Below, piece after piece: positions 37,722-49,226 of a stretch of DNA of 64,000 nt. The position numbers were made by a program, and so were the translations under genes. This DNA comes from Oscillospiraceae bacterium. Its GTDB lineage: Bacteria; Bacillota; Clostridia; Oscillospirales; QAMX01. Numbering within the stretch: position 1 is the first letter of the stretch; each line of letters opens with the position of its first letter. The notes beneath the pieces are model-generated. The model was given only the letters and a program-made list of their open reading frames with translations, had not been told where the DNA came from and did not search any database. Location of the stretch: the NCBI GenBank assembly GCA_015068345.1, contig SVKS01000002.1, positions 5,569-69,568 on the forward strand, written 5' to 3'.

Positions 37722-40265
37722 TTATTCCTCAACGGGAGCTTCATCCACAGGATTCTCTTCCTCAGCTTCCCGTTCGGCGGCGGCAACAGAAATGATTTTT
37801 TCATTTTCCTGGGCTCTCATCAGGATAACCCCCTGGGAGGAACGACCACAGGTACGGATATCGGCGATTTCGGTGCGGATGATGATACCCGAGCTGGAAA
37901 TAATCAGGATATCCTCTTCCTTTTCCTGGGGAATGATGACCCCTGCGATTTCACCGGTCTTTTCGGTGATGTCATGGAGGATCATACCCTTACCACCTCT
38001 TCCATGCAGGGTAAACTCTTCAATGGGAGTCTTCTTGCCGTAACCCTTTTCGGTTACCGTCAAGACCACAGACCCTTCAGGGGTGGCGGCGGCGCTGATG
38101 ATCTCGTCCCCATCCTCCAGCTTCATGCCGATGACACCAACGGCGGTTCTGCCCATGCAGCGGACGGTATCCTCGTGGAAGCGGACGGCACGGCCCTTTC
38201 TGGAGCACAGGATCACGGTATCATCACCCGAAGTGATGAAGCTGGAAACCAGCTCGTCCCCTTCGTTCAGCATCAACGCACGGATACCGGCCTTACGGGT
38301 GGTATCCAGGTCGGAAAGCTTTGTACGCTTTACCACACCCTGACGGGTTACCAGGAAGAGGTAGCGTTCGTCGTAATCCCGGATGGAAAGGCCGGCGGTA
38401 ACACGTTCGTCACCGGTCAACTGCAGATAGTTGACTATGTTGGCGCCGCGTGCGGTTCTGCCTCCTTCGGGGATCTGGTATCCCTTCAAACGGTACATCC
38501 GGCCGGTATTGGTAAAGAACAGAATATAATCGTGAGTAGAAGAAACAAAAATCTTCTCTACTACGTCTTCTTCTCTGGTGGAAAGACCGGTAATACCGCG
38601 GCCGCCACGCTTCTGCTGTTTGTAGGTGCTCACCGGCAGACGCTTGATGTAACCGAGACGGGTCATGGTGAAGACGTTGTCTTCCTCCTTGATCAGGTCT
38701 TCAATATCCAGATCGTCCTCCACTGCTTCGATAGCGGTACGGCGTTCATCGCCGTACTTATCACGAATGGCAGTCAGTTCCTTTTTGACAACAGCATAAA
38801 TGTTTTCGTCGGAGGAGAGGAGTACCTTGTATTCGGCAATTTTTGTCATCAGGTCGTTATATTCAGCCAGCAGATCTTCGGCAGCTAAATTGGTCAGCTG
38901 ACCAAGACGCATATTGACAATGGCCTGGGCCTGCACCTCGGTGAGCCCCTTTACCATATCAGGTTCATCTTCGGAATATTCACCCGTCACCTTCAGCATA
39001 TTCAGGACTTCGTATTCCTTGAATTCTTCCATCAGGCGGGCCTTGGCTTCGGCTTCGGTACGGCTGGTACGGATGATGTGAACCACCTTATCGATGTTGT
39101 CAACCGCAATTTTCAGACCTTCCCGGATGTGAGCCCGTTCCATGGCACGACGCAGGTTATAACGGGTACGACGGTAGGTTACGTCACGCTGATGATGTAC
39201 GTAATGATAAATACAATCCCGCAGGGACAGGGTCTTGGGCTGATTGTTTACCAGGGCAATCAGGTTGACCGAGAAATTGGACTGAAGCTCGGTGTAGCTA
39301 TAAAGCTGGTTCAAAATCACCTGGGGATTGGCATCCCGGCGAAGCTCCACCACAACCCGCATGCCCTGACGGTCGGATTCATCCCGCAGGTCGGTGATGC
39401 CTTCGATTTTCTTTTCCTTGTGCAGGTCAGCAATGTGCTCCACCAAGCGGGCCTTATTGACCATATAGGGAATTTCGGTAATGGCAATGCGGTAACGTCC
39501 GTTGTTGTATTCTTCGATCTCCGCCTTGGAACGGATACGGATGGTACCGCGTCCGGTGGCATAGGCAGCCCGAATACCCGAACGGCCCATGATAATGGCG
39601 CCGGTAGGGAAGTCGGGACCTTTTACAAACTGCATCAGCTCATCCATATCCGCATCGGGGTGATCGATCATGTAAAGCGAAGCATCAATGACTTCACGCA
39701 GATTGTGGGGCGGAATGTTGGTGGCCATGCCAACCGCAATCCCCATAGAACCATTGACCAACAGGTTTGGGAACCGGCTGGGGAGCACGGTGGGCTCGGT
39801 CAGGCGGTTATCGTAGTTGGGCATAAAGTCCACGGTATCTTTTTCAATATCGGTGAGCATTTCCACCGACAGCTTGGTCATTTTTGCTTCGGTATAACGC
39901 TGGGCAGCAGGGGGGTCCCCATCCACCGAACCGAAGTTGCCATGGCCATCCACCAGGGGATAGCGCATGGAAAAGTCCTGGGCCAGACGAACCAGTGCGT
40001 CGTAAACCGCCGCGTCACCGTGGGGATGATAGTTACCCATTACGTCACCAACAGTGGAGGCCGATTTCCGGTAAGCCCGCTCGGGAAGCAGGTTATTGTT
40101 GTACATGGTGAAGAGGATTCTTCTGTGAATCGGCTTCAATCCATCCCGCACGTCAGGAAGCGCACGGCTGACGATAACCGACATGGCATATTCCAGGAAG
40201 GATTTTCGAACTTCCTTTTCAATGTCTACCGGGACAATTTTCTGATTTTCAAAGATGTTGTCCAT
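37722..40265 (-). CDS. gyrA: DNA gyrase subunit A
   Basis: 847 aa. Active-site region [23 protein letters not shown], catalytic Tyr context (AQRYTEAKM), [22 protein letters not shown]. Acidic tail. Confidence 0.97.
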   Translation of the reverse strand: MDNIFENQKIVPVDIEKEVRKSFLEYAMSVIVSRALPDVRDGLKPIHRRILFTMYNNNLLPERAYRKSASTVGDVMGNYHPHGDAAVYDALVRLAQDFSMRYPLVDGHGNFGSVDGDPPAAQRYTEAKMTKLSVEMLTDIEKDTVDFMPNYDNRLTEPTVLPSRFPNLLVNGSMGIAVGMATNIPPHNLREVIDASLYMIDHPDADMDELMQFVKGPDFPTGAIIMGRSGIRAAYATGRGTIRIRSKAEIEEYNNGRYRIAITEIPYMVNKARLVEHIADLHKEKKIEGITDLRDESDRQGMRVVVELRRDANPQVILNQLYSYTELQSNFSVNLIALVNNQPKTLSLRDCIYHYVHHQRDVTYRRTRYNLRRAMERAHIREGLKIAVDNIDKVVHIIRTSRTEAEAKARLMEEFKEYEVLNMLKVTGEYSEDEPDMVKGLTEVQAQAIVNMRLGQLTNLAAEDLLAEYNDLMTKIAEYKVLLSSDENIYAVVKKELTAIRDKYGDERRTAIEAVEDDLDIEDLIKEEDNVFTMTRLGYIKRLPVSTYKQQKRGGRGITGLSTREEDVVEKIFVSSTHDYILFFTNTGRMYRLKGYQIPEGGRTARGANIVNYLQLTGDERVTAGLSIRDYDERYLFLVTRQGVVKRTKLSDLDTTRKAGIRALMLNEGDELVSSFITSGDDTVILCSRKGRAVRFHEDTVRCMGRTAVGVIGMKLEDGDEIISAAATPEGSVVLTVTEKGYGKKTPIEEFTLHGRGGKGMILHDITEKTGEIAGVIIPQEKEEDILIISSSGIIIRTEIADIRTCGRSSQGVILMRAQENEKIISVAAAEREAEEENPVDEAPVEE

Positions 40266-40281
40266 TTGTTATGATCTCCTC

Positions 40282-42240
<1,959 letters not shown>

Positions 42241-42265
42241 TCAGGCTGCCTTTCCTTGGTGTCTT

Positions 42266-42538
42266 TTAGAGAAGGGTTTGCGTGGGATTTTTGCTTCTTT
42301 TGTAAAGGGTTGAGGATGTAATCGGGGACATATACAGAATGTCCTTATCCCCTTTTTGTATCAAGATCAACGATTTAGGCAGGTCAAATACGCCTCCAAT
42401 GTTGATCAGGTTTTGCTTTTTTTCGTATTGCTCCAGAAATTCGGTACTTTCCCTGGAGGCGGTCAGGTTATCCAAATCGAAAATACCGATCAGATCCCGA
42501 TCGTCACACAGGATATGATTGCCAATATGCAGGTACAT
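42266..42538 (-). CDS. remB: DUF370 protein (RemB/YaaB-like) between recF and gyrB
   Basis: 90 aa. Same position as B. subtilis yaaB/remB. MYLHIGNHILCDDRDLIGIFDLD is a typical DUF370 start. Confidence 0.7.
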   Translation of the reverse strand: MYLHIGNHILCDDRDLIGIFDLDNLTASRESTEFLEQYEKKQNLINIGGVFDLPKSLILIQKGDKDILYMSPITSSTLYKRSKNPTQTLL

Positions 42539-43650
42539 TAAAAATCACATTCCTTTGTAATTTTGCCGTTATGGAACACAAATTGCTTTCCTTCGGTTTC
42601 TTTCGAAAGGGTAATAGGATCACAACAGGTGATAAAGATTTGTCCCCGGTGGATGTGGTTCAGAATGAAGTTTTTCCGTCCCGTGTCCAGTTCGGAAAGT
42701 ACGTCGTCCAGAAACAACACCGGTTGACATCCCGTGTCCATTTCAATCAGCTCCCGTTCGGCAAGCTTCAGGGAAAGAGCAATGCTGCGCATTTGGCCTT
42801 GGGAAGCATAATTTTTTGCCGCAAAATCATTGATGCTAATATTCAGGTCATCCTTGTGAATGCCGGAGAGGGGAGTTTCGGCTTCGAATTCGCTGTGCAT
42901 GAGTTCGGTGAGCCTTGCATAGATTTTGTCTTCATTTTCCCTGGGAGATGCTTCCGGATCTGCTTTTGAAATGGTCTTATAGTGAATAATCAGCTCTTCC
43001 CGCCCTCCGGAAAGACTTTCATGAAGCATTTTAGCCTCTTTTGTAAGAGAATCGCAAAAATTCTTTCTCATGGAAATAATTTCGGACGCAGAACGGGCCA
43101 TATCAGCATTATAAGCATCACATAACGTACGATTTTTCTCGTTATATTCCTCTTTCAAAAGAGCTCTTTTCATGCGAAGGGTACGATTGTAACGGGAAAG
43201 TGTTTCGTAGTAAAAAGGGCGAATCTGGCAAAGGGGAAGATCCAAAAGACGCCGTCTTTCGGAGGCTCCTGCTTTGATCAGGTAAAGATCGTCCGGTGTA
43301 AAAAGTACAACCGGCAGGATTCCGATCACGTCAGAGGATTTCCTTTGGGGAATGTCGTTGAGTAAAAGGTGTTTCTTTTTTCCCCGTTCCAGAGTAACTT
43401 CCAGGGTGAAATCGCGAACCCCATTGAAAAGGGTTTCGGAAATTCGAAAAAAGGGAGCATCGCGTCGGATCAAAATTTCGTCTTTTGGTGCCCGGAAGGA
43501 TTTCTGAGCAGAAAAATAAAACAAAGCTTCGATCAGATTCGTTTTCCCCTGGGCATTTTCACCGGAAATCAGGTTGACGTGGGGAGAAAAGGAACAGGAA
43601 AGAGATTCAAAGTTACGGAAATTTTCCAATTGAACCGAGTGGATCGGCAT
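42538..43650 (-). CDS. recF: DNA replication and repair protein RecF
   Basis: Walker A GENAQGKTNLIEA, signature-like ASQGQMRS, Walker B VLFLDDVLSELD. Confidence 0.95.
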   Translation of the reverse strand: MPIHSVQLENFRNFESLSCSFSPHVNLISGENAQGKTNLIEALFYFSAQKSFRAPKDEILIRRDAPFFRISETLFNGVRDFTLEVTLERGKKKHLLLNDIPQRKSSDVIGILPVVLFTPDDLYLIKAGASERRRLLDLPLCQIRPFYYETLSRYNRTLRMKRALLKEEYNEKNRTLCDAYNADMARSASEIISMRKNFCDSLTKEAKMLHESLSGGREELIIHYKTISKADPEASPRENEDKIYARLTELMHSEFEAETPLSGIHKDDLNISINDFAAKNYASQGQMRSIALSLKLAERELIEMDTGCQPVLFLDDVLSELDTGRKNFILNHIHRGQIFITCCDPITLSKETEGKQFVFHNGKITKECDF

Positions 43651-43671
43651 GGTTTAGATCCTTTCGTCGCT

Positions 43672-44784
43672 TTAGTTCTTCAAGCGGACCGGCATGATGA
43701 TCTGGATGTAGTTGTCGTTATTTTCGGGACGAACAACACAGGGCAGTACCGGGCTGGAAAGCTCCAGGGTCAGGTTATCTTCGTCAATGGCCTTGATGGC
43801 ATCCAGGAAAATACGGTTATTGAATCCGATTTCAAAATTTTCATAGCTTGTAGGAAGGTCGATCTCGTCACTTGCGGTACCCAGTGTGGAAACGCAGGAA
43901 AGGCGGGCCGTATTTCCTGAAAGTGAAAAACGAACGTGGTTGCGAAGTCTTTCATTGATAATCAACGAAACGCGTTCAGCAGCATCCGAGAGACGTTTTT
44001 GATCAAAGGGAACAATGATATGTCCTTTTTTGGGGATAAAGGAGTTATAGTCGTAATATTTGCCTTCCAAAAGACGGGAAATAACGGTGGTATTTTCCAG
44101 CTTGAAGCAAATACGCTTTTGGGAAAGGATGATTTCTACGGCGTCTTCCACGTCTTCCAGGATTTTTTCCATTTCACGGGCGGTTGGGCCAGGCAGAATG
44201 AAATCGAAATCCTTTTGATCGGCAGTCAGGTTCAAGAGCTTTTCCCGACGCATGGCCATACGATAGTTATCAATGGCAACGATATTAAGGATACCATCTT
44301 TTACGTCAAAGTATAACCCGGTCAAAATGGGTTTAATGTCGGTTTGTGCAGTAGCGAAGATGGTTTTTTCAATCATGTTCTTCAGAGTATCCTGGGGAAC
44401 AGTCAAAGAAAGCTCCTGTTCGATGGAGGGAATTTCCGGGAATTCGGCAGGGTCGATCAAAGGAATGGAAAATTCAACAGGGCCGCACTTGATATGGGTA
44501 ACCCCTTCACTTTCGGTTTCAAAGATAATGTTTTCATCGGGGAGCTTGCGGATAATGTCGGAAAAGAGACGGGCATTGACACAGGTTTTGCCTTCTTCTT
44601 CCACGTTGGCGCTGCACTTGGTAATGATACCGATTTCCAGATTGTAGGAAGTCAGGGTCAATCCTTCGAAGGTGCAATCGATCAAGATGCCTTCCAGGGC
44701 AGGAATAGCGTTTTTAGCGGATACGGCACGGGATGCAATCCCCAGGGATTCGGCTAATATGGCTTTCTGGCAGATAAATTTCAT
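43672..44784 (-). CDS. dnaN: DNA polymerase III beta sliding clamp
   Basis: ORF 43672..44811. ATG 44784 (MKFICQK..) follows AAGGAG. Three-domain clamp length (~370 aa). dnaA-dnaN-recF synteny. Confidence 0.95.
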   Translation of the reverse strand: MKFICQKAILAESLGIASRAVSAKNAIPALEGILIDCTFEGLTLTSYNLEIGIITKCSANVEEEGKTCVNARLFSDIIRKLPDENIIFETESEGVTHIKCGPVEFSIPLIDPAEFPEIPSIEQELSLTVPQDTLKNMIEKTIFATAQTDIKPILTGLYFDVKDGILNIVAIDNYRMAMRREKLLNLTADQKDFDFILPGPTAREMEKILEDVEDAVEIILSQKRICFKLENTTVISRLLEGKYYDYNSFIPKKGHIIVPFDQKRLSDAAERVSLIINERLRNHVRFSLSGNTARLSCVSTLGTASDEIDLPTSYENFEIGFNNRIFLDAIKAIDEDNLTLELSSPVLPCVVRPENNDNYIQIIMPVRLKN

Positions 44785-44799
44785 AGGCTCTCCTTGTGA

Positions 44800-45012
44800 A
44801 TATAAAGACAAATATAGTTTTTATTATTTTGTTGTTGTAGTAGAAGATGTGGATATGGTGGAAAAGCTATGGAAACAGGCTTGTCAGGCTGATTTCCAAG
44901 TTTGCATTTCTTGGGGATAAATCAAACGGGGTGGGGATAGCTTTGTGGACATCTTTGATTTACACACATCTACTTTTCCACTGTGGAAAACATCCTGTGG
45001 ATTTGTGGATTA
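44800..45012 (-). other. oriC: Chromosomal replication origin (oriC, dnaA-dnaN spacer): DnaA-box array, DnaA-trio-like triplets, AT-rich unwinding element
   Basis: Same-orientation boxes: TGTGGATAT 44848, TGGGGATAA 44912, TGGGGATAG 44932, TGTGGACAT 44944, TGTGGAAAA 44982, TGTGGATTT 44996, TGTGGATTA 45004. Triplets TTG TTG TTG TAG TAG AAG at 44829..44846. AT-rich 44800..44830 abuts the dnaN RBS. Confidence 0.8.
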
Positions 45013-46311
45013 ATTTTCCCGGGAAATGTCGAATGACAAATCCTTGATTTGTGCTTTGAATTCCGGGTCCTTTGCCATCATTTCTTCCACTTTTCGGATG
45101 GCGTTCATAACGGTGGTGTGATCTTTTCCAAATTCACGGCCGATCTCCGGAAGGGAAAGACCGATTTTTTCCCGAATCAGGTACATGGCTACCTGCCGGG
45201 GAACCAGTGCTTCCTTCCGGCGGCTGGTGGACCGGATGGTATCGGGTTCGATGCCATAGAATTTGGAAACCTCGGTTACTACCAAATTTGGGGTCATCAT
45301 GACACCGGGATCGTCCCGGAGTACGTCCTTGATGGCTTCGCTGACCATATCCAGGTCGATCACCTGGTGAAGGAGGTTTTGTTTTGCCATGAGTTTTTTG
45401 ACGGTACCCTCAATTTGACGAATGTTAGCCTTGATGGATTTTGCAATGTGTTGGCAAAGCTTTTCCGAAAGATCCAGTCCCAAAAGATCGGCTTTGTTTT
45501 TGATGATCGCCATACGGGTTTCGTAGTCGGGGTGGGCAATGTCGGCCAGAAGACCCGCTTCGAATCGGGAACGGATGCGGTTTTCCAGGGTATACATTTC
45601 CTTTGGTGGATGGTCGGCGGTGACAACAATCTGGATATTGGCCCCGTGGAGATAGTTGAAGGTGTGGAAGAATTCTTCTTCGGTCTGCTTTTTACCGGCA
45701 ATAAACTGAATATCGTCGATGAGAAGCAGATCGGCGTTGCGGTATTTTGCGCGGAACTCTTCCGTGCGTTGGGCACGCAGGGCGGAAATCAATTCGATGG
45801 TGAAGTCTTCTCCGGTGATGTAAACAATTTTCGCTCCCGGTTTGTTTTTCCGGATCACGTTTTCAATGGCCCGGAGAAGGTGGGTTTTACCAAGACCCGA
45901 ATCACCGTAGATATAGAGAGGGTTGTATTGATAGGCAGGCTTTTCGGCAACGGCCATGGCCGCAGCGTGGGCAAAACGGTTGGAAGGACCGACAACGAAA
46001 CGTTCGAAGGTGAATTCCTTGTATTCGCCGCCTTCTTCTTCCGTGTTTTCGAAAAGATCGGCTTCTTCCGGCGTCATCAGGACCACATGGACTTCGGCGG
46101 AAAACATATCGTAGAGCTTGCTTTCCATGATTTCCTTGTAGCGCTCTTCAATGTTATTTTTGGTAATTTGGGAAGGAACCGATATGTAAAGGGTGTTGTT
46201 CTGGAAGGCAATGGCACGGGCTTCGGAAAACCAAATGTTGATGGTAACCTGGGATAACTCGCTTTCCAGAAGTTTGAGGAGATTGGTAAGGATGTCCTGT
46301 ACTGTTTTCAA
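45010..46311 (-). CDS. dnaA: Chromosomal replication initiator protein DnaA
   Basis: ORF 45010..46581. Start set at TTG 46311 ((M)KTVQDILTNLL..), 7 nt after GGGGA, giving a typical length of 433 aa. Walker A GDSGLGKTHLL, LLIDDIQF, C-terminal DNA-binding DHTTVMNAIRKV. Confidence 0.93.
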   Translation of the reverse strand: MKTVQDILTNLLKLLESELSQVTINIWFSEARAIAFQNNTLYISVPSQITKNNIEERYKEIMESKLYDMFSAEVHVVLMTPEEADLFENTEEEGGEYKEFTFERFVVGPSNRFAHAAAMAVAEKPAYQYNPLYIYGDSGLGKTHLLRAIENVIRKNKPGAKIVYITGEDFTIELISALRAQRTEEFRAKYRNADLLLIDDIQFIAGKKQTEEEFFHTFNYLHGANIQIVVTADHPPKEMYTLENRIRSRFEAGLLADIAHPDYETRMAIIKNKADLLGLDLSEKLCQHIAKSIKANIRQIEGTVKKLMAKQNLLHQVIDLDMVSEAIKDVLRDDPGVMMTPNLVVTEVSKFYGIEPDTIRSTSRRKEALVPRQVAMYLIREKIGLSLPEIGREFGKDHTTVMNAIRKVEEMMAKDPEFKAQIKDLSFDISREN

Positions 46312-46399
46312 ATTTGTATTCCCCGTTTCTGAGTGGATTTTTTCCTTCGTAGGACCCAAGGATAACAGAGGGTTTCCCAAGGGGCATACCATACGATTT

Positions 46400-46428
46400 A
46401 TTGTACCACAAAATAGCGAAAATAGCAA
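46400..46428 (-). promoter_or_regulatory. Putative extended -10 promoter of dnaA
   Basis: Minus strand TTGCTA (46428..46423), 17-nt spacer ending in TGg, TACAAT (46405..46400). Confidence 0.4.
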
Positions 46429-46565
46429 GCCAAAATGACGGACAGACCACCACATTTTGTTATGAATCGGGAAAAAAATGAGCATCAAAAAAACGAGAAA
46501 AAAGGTAGCTTGAGAAAAAATCAAAAAGAATTTTTGAAAAAATACCCCAATTTCAAAAATAATCC

Positions 46566-46595
46566 TTGACAAAACGGTCATTTATGCTTTATAAT
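46566..46595 (+). promoter_or_regulatory. Putative promoter of rpmH-rnpA-yidD-yidC-jag
   Basis: TTGACA (46566..46571), 18-nt spacer, TATAAT (46590..46595). Confidence 0.6.
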
Positions 46596-46683
46596 CTCTT
46601 TTGCGTCATTGAGGGGATAACTATGCCCTTTTGAGAAGATGGGTCATGCCCCATTTTTAAAAATGCGAAAGGATGATTTCAAA

Positions 46684-46821
46684 ATGTTCAGAACATTCCA
46701 GCCCAAGAAAAAGCAGCGCAATAAGGAGTGCGGCTTCAGAAAGAGAATGCGCACCGCCAACGGCCGTAAGGTTCTCGCCCGCAGACGTGCCAAGGGCAGA
46801 TATAAGCTCAACCGCGTTTAA
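46684..46821 (+). CDS. rpmH: 50S ribosomal protein L34
   Basis: ORF 46639..46821. ATG 46684 gives [42 protein letters not shown].., the L34 signature. Confidence 0.95.
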   Translation: MFRTFQPKKKQRNKECGFRKRMRTANGRKVLARRRAKGRYKLNRV

Positions 46822-46841
46822 TTTTCAAGTTACCTAAGCGT

Positions 46842-47180
46842 ATGAAATATACCGTACGGCTTAAAAACAGCAACGACTTTCGTAAATTGTATCGCAGAGG
46901 CAAGACCGCTGCACATCCTGTGATAGCGGTCTATTGCCGTGGAAACGGCCGCCGGGAAAATCGGGTCGGTGTTGCGGTCAGCGTAAAGCTTGGCAATGCT
47001 GTTTGGCGCAATCGGGTAAAACGGCGCCTTCGGGAGGTTTATCGCCTGCACGAGGATCGTTTTTTGCCTGGTCAGGACGTGATTTTTGTTGGCAGAAAGC
47101 GTACATATGACGCAAAGTTTTCTGAATTGGAATCTTCCATGCTGAAGATCTGCGGAAAGCTTGGTATGCTTCGCAAATGA
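46842..47180 (+). CDS. rnpA: Ribonuclease P protein component
   Basis: 112-aa basic protein. [14 protein letters not shown].. and [10 protein letters not shown] (RNR motif). Follows rpmH. Confidence 0.9.
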   Translation: MKYTVRLKNSNDFRKLYRRGKTAAHPVIAVYCRGNGRRENRVGVAVSVKLGNAVWRNRVKRRLREVYRLHEDRFLPGQDVIFVGRKRTYDAKFSELESSMLKICGKLGMLRK

Positions 47181-47422
47181 AAAGAATTCTGATCGGTTTG
47201 ATCCGTTTTTACCAAAGGTATATTTCTCCCATGAAAGGACCCTGTTGCAGGTTCATCCCGACCTGCTCGGAATATGCTGTCCTTTCGATTGAACGTTTCG
47301 GAGTTTTTCGTGGAGTGATTTTGAGTACACGCCGCATTTTGCGGTGTCATCCGCTCTGCCCGGGGGGATACGACCCGGTTCCGGAAACCTATCCCAAGTG
47401 GGGTAGAAAAAACAGCAACTAA
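47177..47422 (+). CDS. yidD: Membrane protein insertion efficiency factor YidD
   Basis: [27 protein letters not shown], the canonical YidD motif. Confidence 0.9.
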   Translation: MKRILIGLIRFYQRYISPMKGPCCRFIPTCSEYAVLSIERFGVFRGVILSTRRILRCHPLCPGGYDPVPETYPKWGRKNSN

Positions 47423-47472
47423 CAAAAGAAAGGAACGTTTTCTTTTTCCGTGGAAAAGAAAACAACTGAGAA

Positions 47473-48489
47473 ATGGACATCTTCGGCACATTGATTGCAC
47501 GTCCGTTTGGATGGGTTTTTTGGGCAATTCTGCAGGTTATCAATAACTACGGTATTGCAATCATTCTCTTTTCTCTGATCGTAAAGATCATTCTTTACCC
47601 CCTTCAGTACAAGAGCAAAAAGGGAATGCTTGCCCAACAGCGCCTCCAGTCCCAGATCAAGGACCTGGAAGCCCGCTATAAAAACGACAGAAACGCCTAT
47701 AACCAGGCCCTCCAGGAGCTTTATACCAAAAACGGAATCAGCCCGATGTCGGGATGCCTTCCCATGCTTCTGATGTTCCCAATCATGATCGGTCTTTACC
47801 GGGTGATCCGCCAGCCCATCACCTACGTGTTTGGCAAGGGCAAGGAACTGACCTCCATCATTGAAGGAATCATCGCCAATAACAGTGAAGCTGCCGCCGT
47901 ACTGCAGCCCATGTTGGAAAATCCCGCCAAGATTGTTGACGAAATTCCCATCATGCGCTATCTGACTGAGGCCGATCCTTACTTCATCGATATGACCTTC
48001 CTGGGTATGGATCTGACCGTTCAGCCCACCCTTTCCTGGAACGTACTTGTTCTTTTGCCCATTATTTCGGGTGTCACTGCCTATCTGATGAGCTATGTCA
48101 ATCAGAAGCTGCAGGAAAAGACCACCGGCGTACAGGTCCAGATGAATGGCAGCAGCAAGTCCCTTCTCTACACCATGCCTCTCCTTTCGGTGGTGATCGG
48201 TTTCACCCTTCCCGCCGGCCTGACTGTCTACTGGATTGCCAACAACATTCTGGGTATTGCCCAGGAATACGTGCTCCAGCTACAGATGCGTAAGATCATC
48301 CGGGTACAGGAAGAGAAAGAAGCAGCTGAGGAAGCGGTTACCCGTGCCCAGCGGGAAGCCGCCATGGAAAAGAACAGAGAAATCCAGAAGCAGATGAACG
48401 CATCCGGAAAGAAAAAGCAAAACAGTTCCAAAAAAACCTACAAGCTCAGCCGTCCGGCGAGAAATGCCAGCGACGACGATGATGATTGA
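47473..48489 (+). CDS. yidC: Membrane protein insertase YidC/SpoIIIJ family
   Basis: Polytopic. KIILYPL..KS.KGM..Q.LQ..I..L, MSGCLPMLLMFPI. Basic C-terminal tail. Confidence 0.9.
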   Translation: MDIFGTLIARPFGWVFWAILQVINNYGIAIILFSLIVKIILYPLQYKSKKGMLAQQRLQSQIKDLEARYKNDRNAYNQALQELYTKNGISPMSGCLPMLLMFPIMIGLYRVIRQPITYVFGKGKELTSIIEGIIANNSEAAAVLQPMLENPAKIVDEIPIMRYLTEADPYFIDMTFLGMDLTVQPTLSWNVLVLLPIISGVTAYLMSYVNQKLQEKTTGVQVQMNGSSKSLLYTMPLLSVVIGFTLPAGLTVYWIANNILGIAQEYVLQLQMRKIIRVQEEKEAAEEAVTRAQREAAMEKNREIQKQMNASGKKKQNSSKKTYKLSRPARNASDDDDD

Positions 48490-48506
48490 AAGGAAACCCA
48501 ACTGAA

Positions 48507-49166
48507 ATGAGTCAGAAATATATTGAAGTGTCCGGCAAGACCATCGAGGATGCTCTGGCAGAAGCCCTTGCAACACTGAATATGGATCGTGACAGCGTCA
48601 GCGTGGAAATCATCGAAAAGCCGAAGTCCGGCTTTTTGGGAATCGGTGCTGTTCCGGCAAAAATTCGTGTTTCGTATGAGTATTCCAAGGCGGACAAGAC
48701 TCGTGACTTCCTGGAAGAGCTGTTTAAGCTCATGAAGATGGAAGCCGCCGTGACCATCGGGGAAGAGGAAGAGGGTCGTTTGAACGTCTCCCTTTCCGGC
48801 GATGAAATGGGTCTGATGATCGGTCGCAGAGGGGAAAACCTGGATGCTCTCCAGTACATCACCAATCTTGCGGTCAACAAAAATGAAACCGACAGAGTTC
48901 GTGTCAATATCGACACCGAAAACTATCGGGAAAAGAGAGAAGAATCGCTGGAACGGCTGGCTAAGCGCGTAGCCGACAAGGTTCTGAAGTATGGCAGAAG
49001 CGTTTCCCTGGAGCCCATGCCGCCCAGTGAAAGACGCGTCGTGCATGCTTTCCTGCAGGACTACAAGGGAATCACCACCTTCTCTACCGGTAGCGAACCC
49101 CAGAGAAGAGTGATCGTTGCCCCTGCCGGTGCTCAGAATAAAAGAGAAAGAGATTCCAAAAAATAA
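48507..49166 (+). CDS. jag: RNA-binding protein Jag/KhpB (Jag-N, KH, R3H domains)
   Basis: ORF 48486..49166; ATG 48507. GRRGENLDALQYI (KH GxxG) and LEPMPPSERRVVHAFL (R3H). Confidence 0.9.
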   Translation: MSQKYIEVSGKTIEDALAEALATLNMDRDSVSVEIIEKPKSGFLGIGAVPAKIRVSYEYSKADKTRDFLEELFKLMKMEAAVTIGEEEEGRLNVSLSGDEMGLMIGRRGENLDALQYITNLAVNKNETDRVRVNIDTENYREKREESLERLAKRVADKVLKYGRSVSLEPMPPSERRVVHAFLQDYKGITTFSTGSEPQRRVIVAPAGAQNKRERDSKK

Positions 49167-49173
49167 ATCGCAT

Positions 49174-49207
49174 GGGGGAATGGGCGTAAGTCGATTCCCC
49201 TTTTTTG
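49174..49207 (+). terminator. Intrinsic terminator after jag
   Basis: GGGGAAT...ATTCCCC stem followed by TTTTTT. Confidence 0.7.
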
Positions 49208-49226
49208 ATATCAGCGGAGGAAAATC

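Noticed and set aside
46312-46581. A 90-aa N-terminal extension of the dnaA ORF (MTVLSRIIFEIGVFFQKFF...).
   Set aside because: It is a hydrophobic, Phe-rich translation of the A-tract intergenic region. DnaA homology begins at the TTG at 46311, which gives a standard DnaA length and an RBS. The extension would overlap the predicted dnaA promoter and reach the -35 hexamer of the predicted rpmH promoter.
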